Assembly: GCF_000002075.1 (NCBI RefSeq)
Contig: NW_004797466.1
Location: 146,231 to 202,176, forward strand
Length of the DNA: 55,946 bases
Reading direction: 5' to 3'
Origin: Aplysia californica
Taxonomy: Eukaryota
The translations under genes and the position numbers were made by a program. Shown piece after piece: positions 11,801 through 23,800 of this stretch (the stretch's first letter is position 1; the number at the start of each line of letters is the position of its first letter). The notes under the pieces were generated by a model, which was not told the origin of the DNA, made no database searches, and saw nothing but the letters and a program-made list of their open reading frames with translations.

Positions 11801-14800
11801 GCGTTTGGGCCTAATGGCACACACTGAAGGCTGCTGTATTCCTATTAACAAAAATTTCTCCTCATTCATATTACTCACATCACTCACATGATAATGGCTA
11901 TAACATTTATATGTTTGAGAAGGCATAACAAAACTATTTGAAAGGTAACAAAAGAAAAGAGTCACGATGGCGAAAACACAAATAGTGACGTACGCAGCAA
12001 TATGTGCACAAACAGAAAACAAAGAAGCAAAAAACTGATATTGACCTTGTGTGGGGTTACCTAGAGTTGTTACCAAATACCCTTCCGTTTTACCTGGACC
12101 GAGACCTAGAGCGTCTCTTTCTACTGTTGGAACGGGACCTCCGTCCGCTGCGAGATCTTGACCGCCCGCTGCGGGACCGAGACCGAGAGCTCGACACTCT
12201 GCCTCTAGATCCCGACCTTGACCTTGACCGAGAATCTGAACTTGAGCTTGATGAGCTAGAGCTAGAGGACCGGGATCTTGAGGACTTTGACGACCTGTCT
12301 GATTTCTTTACATTAGAAGAGGAATTGGAATCATTTGCTTTTTTCTTCTCCTCCTCCTCATCACTATCGTCCAACTGATATTTCGAGAGGTCCCCATCTT
12401 CATCTTCATCCTCCTGTAATACAAAGATGTAGGGTAACATCAATAGCAATGATCATAAATTACATTTGCATGGTAATGTGGTGAAATTTTGTTTTTTTTA
12501 TTCACAATCTTCAACGTCAATTTAAAACACATTTCTGCGTAGATTTTTACTGAATTCGTTAGAGAATCATAAAAAATGTCAATTTTCCCTTTCCAAAGAC
12601 TCTCAAGCTATATCAGTCGCCAAACTTTGGCGGCTATTTTCTCGCTAATTTTACCTGTAACACTATGATGTGACCCCACCTCCTGCAATCGCAAATATCT
12701 CGACATCTATTCAAGAAAAATGGGTAGTTTTTAAATCAAAAGCAAGAAAAATAAACAAGCTTTATGATGATAACAATAACTCCACATGCTAAAAAATTTA
12801 CGAGTGCTTGTTCCCACCTCCGATGACACATTTATTATTTATCCCATTTCCACTAAGAAAGAGCTCATTGCCCTTTACAATAATACAAAGAAGAAAGTTC
12901 AATAGTGATCCTTTCACTCCCCCTCTCTNNNNNNNNNNNNNNNNNNNNNNNNNNNNNNNNNNNNNNNNNNNNNNNNNNNNNNNNNNNNNNNNNNNNNNNN
13001 NNNNNNNNNNNNNNNNNNNNNNNNNNNNNNNNNNNNNNNNNNNNNNNNNNNNNNNNNNNNNNNNNNNNNNNNNNNNNNNNNNNNNNNNNNNNNNNNNNNN
13101 NNNNNNNNNNNNNNNNNNNNNNNNNNNNNNNNNNNNNNNNNCACCCATCACTCCCTCTCTCTACAGTTTTACTAGCACATTGATCAAACATGCTTTTCAA
13201 ACATGCCTAAAATCCCTCTAGATCATGACCTGGAACAAAAAAAATCTTGCTTTCATAGGACCACACACAAATCTGTTCTCTCTTTTCCAAGTCGCTGTCC
13301 AAACAACTGAAAACTGAAGTAATTTAGTTTCAGTTTTCGTAGAGGTTTTACGGCGCTCGCAACTGCATAAGGTCATATGAGCGCCAGAAGATTAGAGGTG
13401 TTACAAGAGAGTAACAAACCTAAAAAAGAACTAAAAAGAACAAGGGGAGATAAGGACGAAAGATGTTTGATAGGAAAGGAGCAAACTGCACCAGAGCACC
13501 CGCCAACCACCCAATGAAGTAATTACAATTCCCCAACCACTTGTATGGTAAGAATTACCAAGATAAGAATTTAAATTTGCAGAAAAGACGTCTGCATTAA
13601 AATACTATGCCCGTACAACAAGTGTGCATACAATGTTATCTACAAGTAAACAAATATATGACAAAATATTGATAAAAATGTGACACGTAAATACCTCATC
13701 AGAATCCAGTTTGTACTTTGAGACATCTTCATCTTCTTCCTCCTCCTCTTCTTCCTCATACACTTTTGACCTCGGAGGTTCCTCTTCTCTACCTTCAGTG
13801 CTGTTCCTTGAGCGGAATTTTTTCTTTTTTCGTCCGAACTTTTTTAACAAGGAAGTAAGAAAGAAAGAGAGATTTAAAACAAACAAATGAGACTGCTTGC
13901 AGCAAATCAGACCTAAGTATGAAAAGCCGAAATATATCAAAGCTCAGCCATAACATAAATATTGATCTGTCTATCCCATTTAAACAAAATAAGCTTTTAA
14001 ATATGAATTATAGAAAAAAGATTACAGTGCAGCCTCAAAATAACGACTTTCGATATAACGACATCCTCTCTATAGAGACATAGTGCCCGAGTCCCGATTT
14101 TTTCCTTATATTCATTAGTACTTTTTGGTTGCCTCTCTATAACAACTCTCTATAACGACATTTTTTTTCTGGGCCCGATAATTCGTTATAGAGAGGCTGC
14201 ACTGTATTCTTGTTAGACAAGGAAAGAGGTTTTTAATTCCTATCTGCAAGAACAGCAAGTTTAACCCTTCCACCAGAACGACACAGAGTGTGTCTTTTCA
14301 CCTCCACTAATCAAATACACTTTCACTCAGTCCTCAAAAATCCATGTTGATAAGTTAAAAATAGAAATGACACTTTTTTGGGAGGTATCACCAACAATTT
14401 TCAATTTAAAGAATTCGAGTCACTTTCCAGTCAAGATTGCTAATCAAATTCCTCTACAACACCTGCTTTTTCTGCATTCAATCTCAGCCTTCACTTCAGC
14501 AGTGTTGCCATTGAAATGTTAATTTTATGGCATGATGAACGAGATGTATCTTGATCTAAAGTTGTCGGTGATACAAAAACTTAAAAACCACACCTGCCAC
14601 TCTATGAAATCTAAAAATCAGGATCTCAGGGGGGAAAAAATCGGGACTTTGTGAAAAAAATCAGGATCAAGAAACAAGCCGACTGCCAAGCCGACTTAAA
14701 AATTGTCCAGGGGTGTCCGTAAATATATGCACTCTGTGTGTGTGAGTTTGTGTGTGTTTGTATTATCATTATCATTTTCTAAATCCTGACGCATCACGTC

Positions 14801-17800
14801 AAGCACTGTAAGTCAAGTGTCTACCACCCCACCCACCCCAAAACAGCAAGTCCCGAATAACACTTCAACCAGTGTTCACGAACTTAATTTGACCCCGTCA
14901 ACGGATTGTCCCCGACACACGCGGAACTCACACACCAAAGTCATGTTGCGGGATGCGAATGCGCAATTGAAACAGTTTTACCGACAGGCTCGACTTATAC
15001 CGGGTGCCCATTGCAGATGGGACCGGGTCGGGTCGGAACGGGATGATCACCCGACTCGTCGTCTGAAAACAAACGCGTTTGTTTCGTGGGCGACAAGTCG
15101 GGCGCGATCGGTTTGTGCCACGATAGCCACTTTACGCCCTCAATCAGGCTAGCAAACCGACCCGACCCAACCTGATCCCCTAACGGGCACCCAAACTCTC
15201 GAGCAACAGTCGTTCTAGGGTAACGACAACGGCCAACCGACCAAATGTACCAACAAATCTCTTATCCCTCATATGTTTTTAGACCAAAGCAACGACAACG
15301 ACTGAGGGTAAGTCTTGTCAGCCCAGTTACAGTATAATCCACTTATATCAACATCCGATTTATCGACATTTTAACATATCGACATATTTTCCAATTACGA
15401 AATTTTTCCTAACAATTTCCTTTATATCAACTTTTTTTTCGGCTCACTCTGCTTTATCGACATGCTTCCTGCGTATCTGGAGAAGCCCACGAACATAAAT
15501 GGGGGGAAAAGCCATGCTAACGGTCAACGCATTAGTTCTTCATTAAGTCCGCATTCCCCAAAGTAACCTATATTGACATACCAGACTTTAGAAGGTCATG
15601 TAAGGCCTACACAGTGTAGTCTCCAACATAGTATAGTGCCTCACAGACGTGAGCGTCTGTCTCGCGTGCTGGGCATCACCTCCCTATCCCCACTCCCGAT
15701 CGCTCACTCCCCTTCCCCCTGAGGGAAAACAGAGTTCATGTATCTTTCATACTTACTTCATCGTACTCATCATCCTCAGAATCCTCTTTCTGTTTGTACT
15801 CCACCACCTCATCCCTCTCCATGTAGCCACCACCAAAGCCTGTGCGCTGCTCCACCCGCCCGTACTTCGGGGCATTGCACATGTTGCAGGTCATTCGACG
15901 AGCCCAGTTTACATTGCCGCAGCTGGGGAAAAGGAAGTATCACTTTGTAAAGGAAAAAAAATACACCATTAGTGTTATAATATAATATAATTTGAATTAA
16001 CCTTTTAGAGGCAGTAACATACTGTTTCCTGGTTCATTCTGAAATTTGCATCACACATATTTTCATGAAAGACAGAAACATTTGACATACAGAAAACTAT
16101 GATTTAAAATATATAAATTTTGAGCATTTTCAATAGTTTAAAAAGTTAGCAATGAGATACACACACACACTTTTAGGCCAACTACTCTGCAACTATATCA
16201 GGCTATGAACACAACACTATGTGCAGAAATACTAACAAGCCTTAAGCAGTGTTGGCAGCTTGAATTGCAACACCAGCGACATAAAAAGATAAGAAAAGTA
16301 AAGTCAGATCACAAAAAAGAACAAATCTAAGCAAAAATGATACTGCCATTCACAAGTAAATCCAGGTGAACAAGTTTCACTTTCAACCCTTTTAGTCATA
16401 GTTTAGGCATGCCTTATCATAACAAAGCATAATATGGATTAAAATGATGTTATTTAATGACTTTGCCTCAACAACTTAAGAATCTTTCTGAAAATCACCT
16501 AAATGGATCAATGGTATCAAAGATCATAGGGCATGTGACCAAAAAAACTCTCAAACTACAATTTTTGGGGATGTAACATAACTTTTTGCCTTCCCCTTAA
16601 CAACCCCCCTTCCTGCGCCTAATCCAAAAAAAAAAAACAGCTTCAAGCAAACCCCCTTTTCTACATCTTTTGCAAACATTGTTTAAATCTTCTTAAAATC
16701 ATATACCCTCTACACATTCACAAATCCCCCAATCATCCTACAGACATTATAATACTCTTGTCCAAGTAATCAATATAAAAAAAGAGACGACTTATTTTGA
16801 TATGACAAGACAGCAAAATAAAAAAAAATGACACAAATTTCACAATCAAGGTACTTGTCACAAATACATTTTTCCTCGCTAAGGGCCCGGTGAATCCACC
16901 TACCTCTTACACTGCCAGTCCTCAGCACTGAATAAGCCTTTACTTTTTTCAGCCAGTTGTTTACCAATTTCAGTGCCTCCTTTTTTGAAGACTGTCCCTT
17001 CTTTTCGATCTTAGTGAAGATAAGATAAAAATATAAATCATAAATATTAAAGGAATAACATTTTAAGACATATGTTCAACCTTTCAAACATTAATTATAG
17101 GTACAATACGATCTATTAACCTTGTTCAGCGCTAAGCACTGATCGTCATACACTCGTCAAGAAGCATACATTATTATCATTGTGATTTGGTAGCTGAAAC
17201 AATCAAATACCACCAGCTGTATCACTGTGTAAATGAATAGAAAGAATAACCCTGAATGGGCCAGTTTTATAATACAGACACTCTGACCAATTGAGAGGAA
17301 AGGGACTAAGATATTGTATCCGTTAATAAACCACTTAGTGATTGACCCATTCCACACAGCATGCCTGCCTAAGAAAATGTGTAAGTGTACATCATGTAGT
17401 GTGCCGATATCATTATCCACTAGTCTATGCTAACCCACTTTCCTAATTTAATCCCCAACTCTCTCAAAGTATGATAGAGTGTGGAGAGTAGTTCAGAAAA
17501 GCTTACATAGTGCTCAATGACTGAGCTCAAACTGGGTTCTAAGGGGGTTTAACCATCCCTCAATGTATACAAATAAAAATTTGACACAAAATACCAAAAT
17601 CCAAAGAAACAGGAAAATGGCATGTTAATTATCTTCTTTTTTTTAAATAGTAGAGGGCTTTACGGCGTTCACAACTGCATAAGGTCATATGAGCGCCATG
17701 TTAATAATCAATTTTTGTTATAAATGGCAAATAGTCTGCAAAACTATGACAAAGAATTTTAAATCTAGGATATTTCAGCACTTTGCAAACAAGACAACAA

Positions 17801-20800
17801 CAAAATTTGTTTAAGACACAAAACATAAAATAAATATATATCAAAAGCAAAAAACATTGTATGTGTCATGACGCCATGGAATCAGGTGCTCTGTCAATTT
17901 TTGGGCATGTGGGGTTATTGGTATCATATAAGAAAGCTTATCCCTTTGCCTTACTTTCACTTTCACTGAAAAAAATACCAGGTATCTTCAAAAATAAAGT
18001 CGAGATATTTGTTATTGAAGGCGATGGCGTCGCTTGGTTTCAATGGTAAAATTAGCAAGTAAATGGCCGCCAAAGTTTGATGATTTCAATAGCTTGAGAG
18101 TCCTTGAAAACGATAAAATTATATATATTGTGTCTTTAATAAATGTTTTTCGATAGAATTCATATGGCAATAAGTTTTTATATAAGAAAAGTGTTGAGAA
18201 AAAGAAACAAAATTCAACATAAACTGCTAAACTGGCGAAAAAATGCCAATTTCTGTATTTTGATGAGCGCCTGATTTCACCATGCTGCCTCACATGTGTC
18301 CTCACCATACTAGTCAAACCTTTACGTTCTTTACCATTTTTTGTCATTTGGTGAGAGAAAATGTGAGGCAAAGTGGTGAAATTAGGCGCTCGTCAATATA
18401 TTTAGAAAGTGAAGAGACCGACATTTTAATTTTTCCACAGGTGCGGGAATTTTTATCACATTTTTTATTTTCACCTCAACACCTTTCATGTCCATTTAAA
18501 GAACACATTGGGGGCTCTCGTGGCCAAGACGTTAAAGTATTCGCCAAAGGTCCCGGGTTCGAACCTGGGTACAGATGGAAAAATTTTCTTCTCTACAAAT
18601 TGTCTCCTTTCACCTCCTTTCCTGCTCTCTAACAATGTTCTGTCGTCTGCTTTCATCTCCACTTTCTGCCCCCACCCCGTCACCTCCTTTGCCCCCTCCT
18701 CTGGGCTCCTGACTCTTTCTGCAGCCTTTCTACTGCTACTCCTTGTCTCCTTCTTACTGCTGCTTTTCTTTCAGCCACACCCCTGATCTTCTGGAAGGAA
18801 AGACCAACACACACCTAGCCTTCTCAGACAAGGGCGAAAAATCTCGGAGGTCCCATGTGCAAGTTGTGCGCGTTAAAGATCCCTTGGTGGTCTAAAATCG
18901 ATAAGAGTAGACTTCGGCCGCCACCGGGGCAAAATTCAAAATTTCCTACAAACTGAAAATGTTTGGTGTGTCCCACGTGCTCATATGACCTTATAATGCA
19001 GTTGCGAGAAATAATAATTTAATTTTGACGGCCATTTTCTCGCCATTTTTTTACCTCTGAAACCAGGCGACTCCCACCTATTTCAATCTCCAATATCTCG
19101 ACTTGTATTCAAGATACATGTTGGGTTTTTTTTCATCCAAAGCAAGACAAATGAGCAAACTTTAAGATGATACCACAATATCTTCACATGCCCAAAAATT
19201 GATGAGTGCCCGGTTCCACCGCGTCCTTACATAAATGTCTACGGAGATCTACAGAGATGAATTCTTCATTGTCCACAACCATTCTAATACAGTAGGGTTG
19301 GGTCGGGCTTGCAAAATTAGCGTCCGCGAATAACGAACTACCCGCTGGCATTACCCGCAAACGAGCAGAAGGGTAACGAACCGTCCGTTTGTGAAGAGTA
19401 GTTCGCTACTCGCTACACATCGGACAGAGACAACAGTTCGTTTAGCGAGCGAGCGGACGGGCCCACTGAGAGACTCCATGCATTCGAGCGGGCGGGCGGA
19501 CGGACTGGAACGACTCCTTCCATTGCCTACAACTTTTAAACCCCCCGCCCCCCCCTAAAAAAAATAATTAAAAAATCACCTTCCTGCCTCACATTGTAGC
19601 TAGGGTGTTCATGACGGAAATTTCCGCACCCCCCCCCCTCCCCCGGCCTTTGAGATAATTGGAACGTACACAGTGTGCCCCACGCACGAGGTGAAAGGTT
19701 ACACACATAGTACTACGTGACCAGCCTCTCTCACTCCCTGTGGCACCGCTAGTGGTTTGAAACATCAAGCCTAATTAACAAACAACAGACGACGGGTCTA
19801 ATCTCGCGTCGAGTATCTCGTCTGCTAGAGTTCGTCCGTTCGCCCGCCCGCCCAGTGAATAAAATTGTGGAGCGGACCCAAAAAACGAACTGACTTGAGG
19901 CTTGAGGCTTGAGGTCCGCAGTCCGCTCGCTGAGAGAGTCAAATTGTGGAGCGGACCCAAAAAACTAACTGTCTTGAGGTTCGCAGTTCGCTCTCATGGC
20001 CGTCCGTTACCCGTTAGCTCTGACTGAGTCCGCGAGTAGCGAACCCGTCCGTCCGCTCGCCCCAACCCTATAATACCGTATTACTCAGAAAGAGTACCCA
20101 TACCATTACATTTGAGATTGTTTGGGTCATTTTTCCTTCATTTTACCAAATCAATTAACTTGTGTTTCTTAAGAAGAAAAGGTTTACTTTTTCCACATTT
20201 GTTGCACTCTGGTCTTCTTGCAAAGTTCACATTCCCACACCTGAAAAAAAAAAAGTGAATATTGAATACATAACAATAAAAATAAAGTTTACATGATTTA
20301 ATTTGGAAAACATAGCAGAATCAACAAGTTGTCAATTTCATATTCATCTATCATTATGTCAGTCCCTTCAATGGATGATGAAACAGTCATGTTGCTCAGG
20401 TCGCTCCCAATGCTTACGCGAGTTGACCAATGGGTAGCAATAAATTTTCAGCAGCTGATAAGGGAAGCGCGTGATCCGTCATAAGCTAAAAGCCCTGCCC
20501 TCAACTCAGTCCTAAACCCGGTCCATAACAATGGAAGTCAACACAAACTCGCAACAGAAGTGTCGCTCGTTCGCCGAGTGGTGGCGACCCGATTCTTTGT
20601 TTTACTATGGCACTTGGTCTTTCTCGTCTGACACATTTCCTTTTGTTTTGACCATTCATGGAACTAAATCTTTTTTTAACCTTACCAGTACAACGTCGGG
20701 TCAAAATGACCCAACCACTGTATTATTTACAATATCTTTAAAAAAAACTAATAGCCTTAACAAATTGTTCTTTTGGTTAGTTATGTTTTTGTCAACCATT

Positions 20801-23800
20801 TTTACAAATAATATCGCAATTTGACATGCTTCAGACAAAATCAAGCAGAAAAAATTTGACGCGTGTAAAGATGTCACTATGCTTGAACAGGGTCAGGTCA
20901 TTTTGACCTATAGTCATCTCAGTGCTAAGAACATGAATATGTTTCCATCGAAGCTTGTTTTTGATCTCCAGTCTGGTGAAACAATTGTCAGGTGTGCATT
21001 CACTCGCAACCACATTTTGAAACTTTGAAACTGTCTTCGATTTGATGACAAATCTTCCAGAGATCAAAGACCAGAACATGATCTATTTGCCCCAATTCGT
21101 GACTTGTGGGAGAAATTTCTTACGACTCTACAAAGGCACTATGTTCCAGGCTTGTCGGTAACAGAAGATACTAGTTCCTTGGAGAGGCAGGTGTACTTTC
21201 TTACAGTACCTAGCTTCCAAGCCTGAAAAGTATGGTTTGAAAATCTTCTGGGTTGTACTCGTAGACTCTGAGACATTTTTTTTTACACCAGTGCAGTGTT
21301 ATTAAAAGTCTAATTTGTTACGGAACTAAATTACCCCCCTACTTTTCCTCCCAACACCATTCCTTTGTTTTTGAAATACTAATTGAAACTTAAATTGTGT
21401 CTCTTTATGGCTCTCTACTATGTCAACTTTACACACATGATAACATTCAGAGAAATATTTCCTCTTTGAAGGTATATATGGGCATATGGGTCAAAATGAC
21501 CCGAAAATGTACTCGAATAAAGTCAAACGACCTGGTACTGGTAGGGTCAAAATATCAATAATGAAATTAACAACAAAAAGTCCAACAAAAACTGTCAGGT
21601 AAGCTTTATATATATCCTCTCCCCCCTTTCAAAAGAAAAAAAATAACAAAACCAAAAAACCCATTTTTATGAGCCCAACCGCAGTCCTAAGCCTGCGACC
21701 ACCCCCATTTGAGAACTTAGAAGTCTCGTAATAATATAAATGGTTTGTTTTCTTTTTCTTTTTTATCCATTTGATCCTCCATATGACGGCCACCTGCCTT
21801 ACAGCCACTTTTCTCCTCGACAATGCGTGGCTGTCTTAAACACAGGTTCGACTGTATATTAAAAATTAATTTAATAAATCACAAAAGTTAGATTTATAAA
21901 GTCTCATAAACTTAAGACCTATATGATCTAACATATTAACGAACTGTCGAACAGGTTCCATAATCCTTGACGATCGTAGGGGCGCTGTATGATATGATAG
22001 AGAGCCTCATCATGGGCCTCCACTTTAAACTGATTGCCAAATTTGAATAGAATGCTTTAACTCTTTATCTCCTACAAGCCGCTCCCAGCAGCTCACGGTC
22101 GGAACGCCAGTGTCGGTGAGCCGCTGACGGCTCGGGCACATTCCTTTACAACGACTTCGACATCAAATTTCGGCAATTGACAAAAATAGGTCTCTTATAC
22201 CTGAAGTTCATTCATTAGATGAAGAACTATCAAAATAGGTTTGCTAGTTTTGATTTAATGACCCATTTAATGACAATTTTGTCATTTTTAGATTTAGCAC
22301 CAAAAAAGGGCCCTGGCGTAGTGGGTTTACCGCCCTCGGAGATAAAGTGTTAATTCAATTTAAACTTGATTTTTAAATAATAATTACAAAAGCCCATTTT
22401 TTAAAAAGCACCATGATTTTAATTAAAATGACAGGGAAAAGTTCTATTTTATCAATGCTGTAAAAAGTTGTGTAAAGTGTATAGATATAGGCCTACTGAA
22501 ATCAAATACAAACTAAAATATTGAACTTTGTTTTTAAAAAAATGAAGATTTTAATAATTCGACATGATTTTATTCCTGAACATAAAGAGTAAAATCTTAG
22601 TCTTAGGCATTGTTTCAAATATAGACAAAGTGTTTCATTCACGAAAAAACACTTGAAATATTACTGCTGATTTTAAACTGAAAAATAGCAGATATTGCCG
22701 CCTCCAACTCTCTTCCACTTCCAGTTCCCCAATGTTTGGTTCCAATTTTAAATCAATTGCCTGATTTGTTGAGAGGCGAAAGAACGGCAGACAGCATATC
22801 TCTCGCCCTCTTTTGATATAACATCGATACGTTGCCCAAGGCAGAGTTGAAAATGCGTTCCAAAAATTTCGTAATTATTGGTCAAATAAAAAATTTAATA
22901 AGATTTTCGTGATCAGTGACCCAAAATAACATAGTTGCTGGATTACCAAGATAATTTTTTGGGTGTATTTTGTCTAGGACTGACACTTTAGGATAAAAAA
23001 CTGTACGTCTAATTTATGGAACTCTCATCGACAAACTTTCAGTTCAACGATGACCCAGATCTAGTATCTGTCGGTCAAACTGTCAGTCTGTCGATGAATT
23101 AAAACTGTACGTGTAAAGGGTAGAGCTGGATCCTGCTCGCCAAATCTGAGAGTGGCGATTCGCGATTCAGTCGGCTTCTAAGAATCAGGAGTTTGCGAGC
23201 CCTCGTGGATCACTTTATCTAACTGAAACGGAACAGTCAGTGTCATATCAACGCCACTTTGCGAGCACAAGTTACACTCTTGTTGTCCCGCAGCCCGCAA
23301 TCCTCTCCACCCCCACCCAAGTTGTACTGCTCGGCGGCACGATCCCTTCTGTCCATTGGTTGGAATCCGTTCATTTTGTTTTATAGGGGGGTTGGACTAG
23401 ATAGAGGCCTACCATCTTAAATTGTAAAATAAGGGGAGCCGTGCCAAGTGTTTCGCTCCGTTCTTGCGCTCACGACATACGAGTAGCACTAGATCAAGGC
23501 TTTAGAGATCAGATAGAGCTACAAACAAGCTGCATGGTGGTGACAGCGACAGGGGAGTGAATTGGAAGGCAGTGACTGAGTGAGTAGGCCCTACTGGCGT
23601 TCCGCTGAAGTGAATCGCGTTCCGCTGAAGTGAATCGCGTTCCGCAGGGAAGAGTGGCGATTCAGTTCCGTTTTCGCGCTTGCGACCCAACACTAGTAAA
23701 GGGACCCTCAATAGATTTAGAAACTCTAGTTTTAGTGCCCATCATGTAGATCTAGATCTATGATTTGCACTGCGGGAGTGTATACAGACCCGGTAACCAG

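Noticed and set aside
12004-12378. Plus-strand RD/LD-rich ORF (also 9985-10248)
   Set aside because: It is the antisense shadow of the ZRANB2 RS-domain exons.
18510-18590. tRNA gene-like sequences (also ~31560-31620, 39065-39135, 45430-45496)
   Set aside because: These are tRNA-derived SINE heads with A/B boxes but no complete cloverleaf, mostly followed by SINE bodies.
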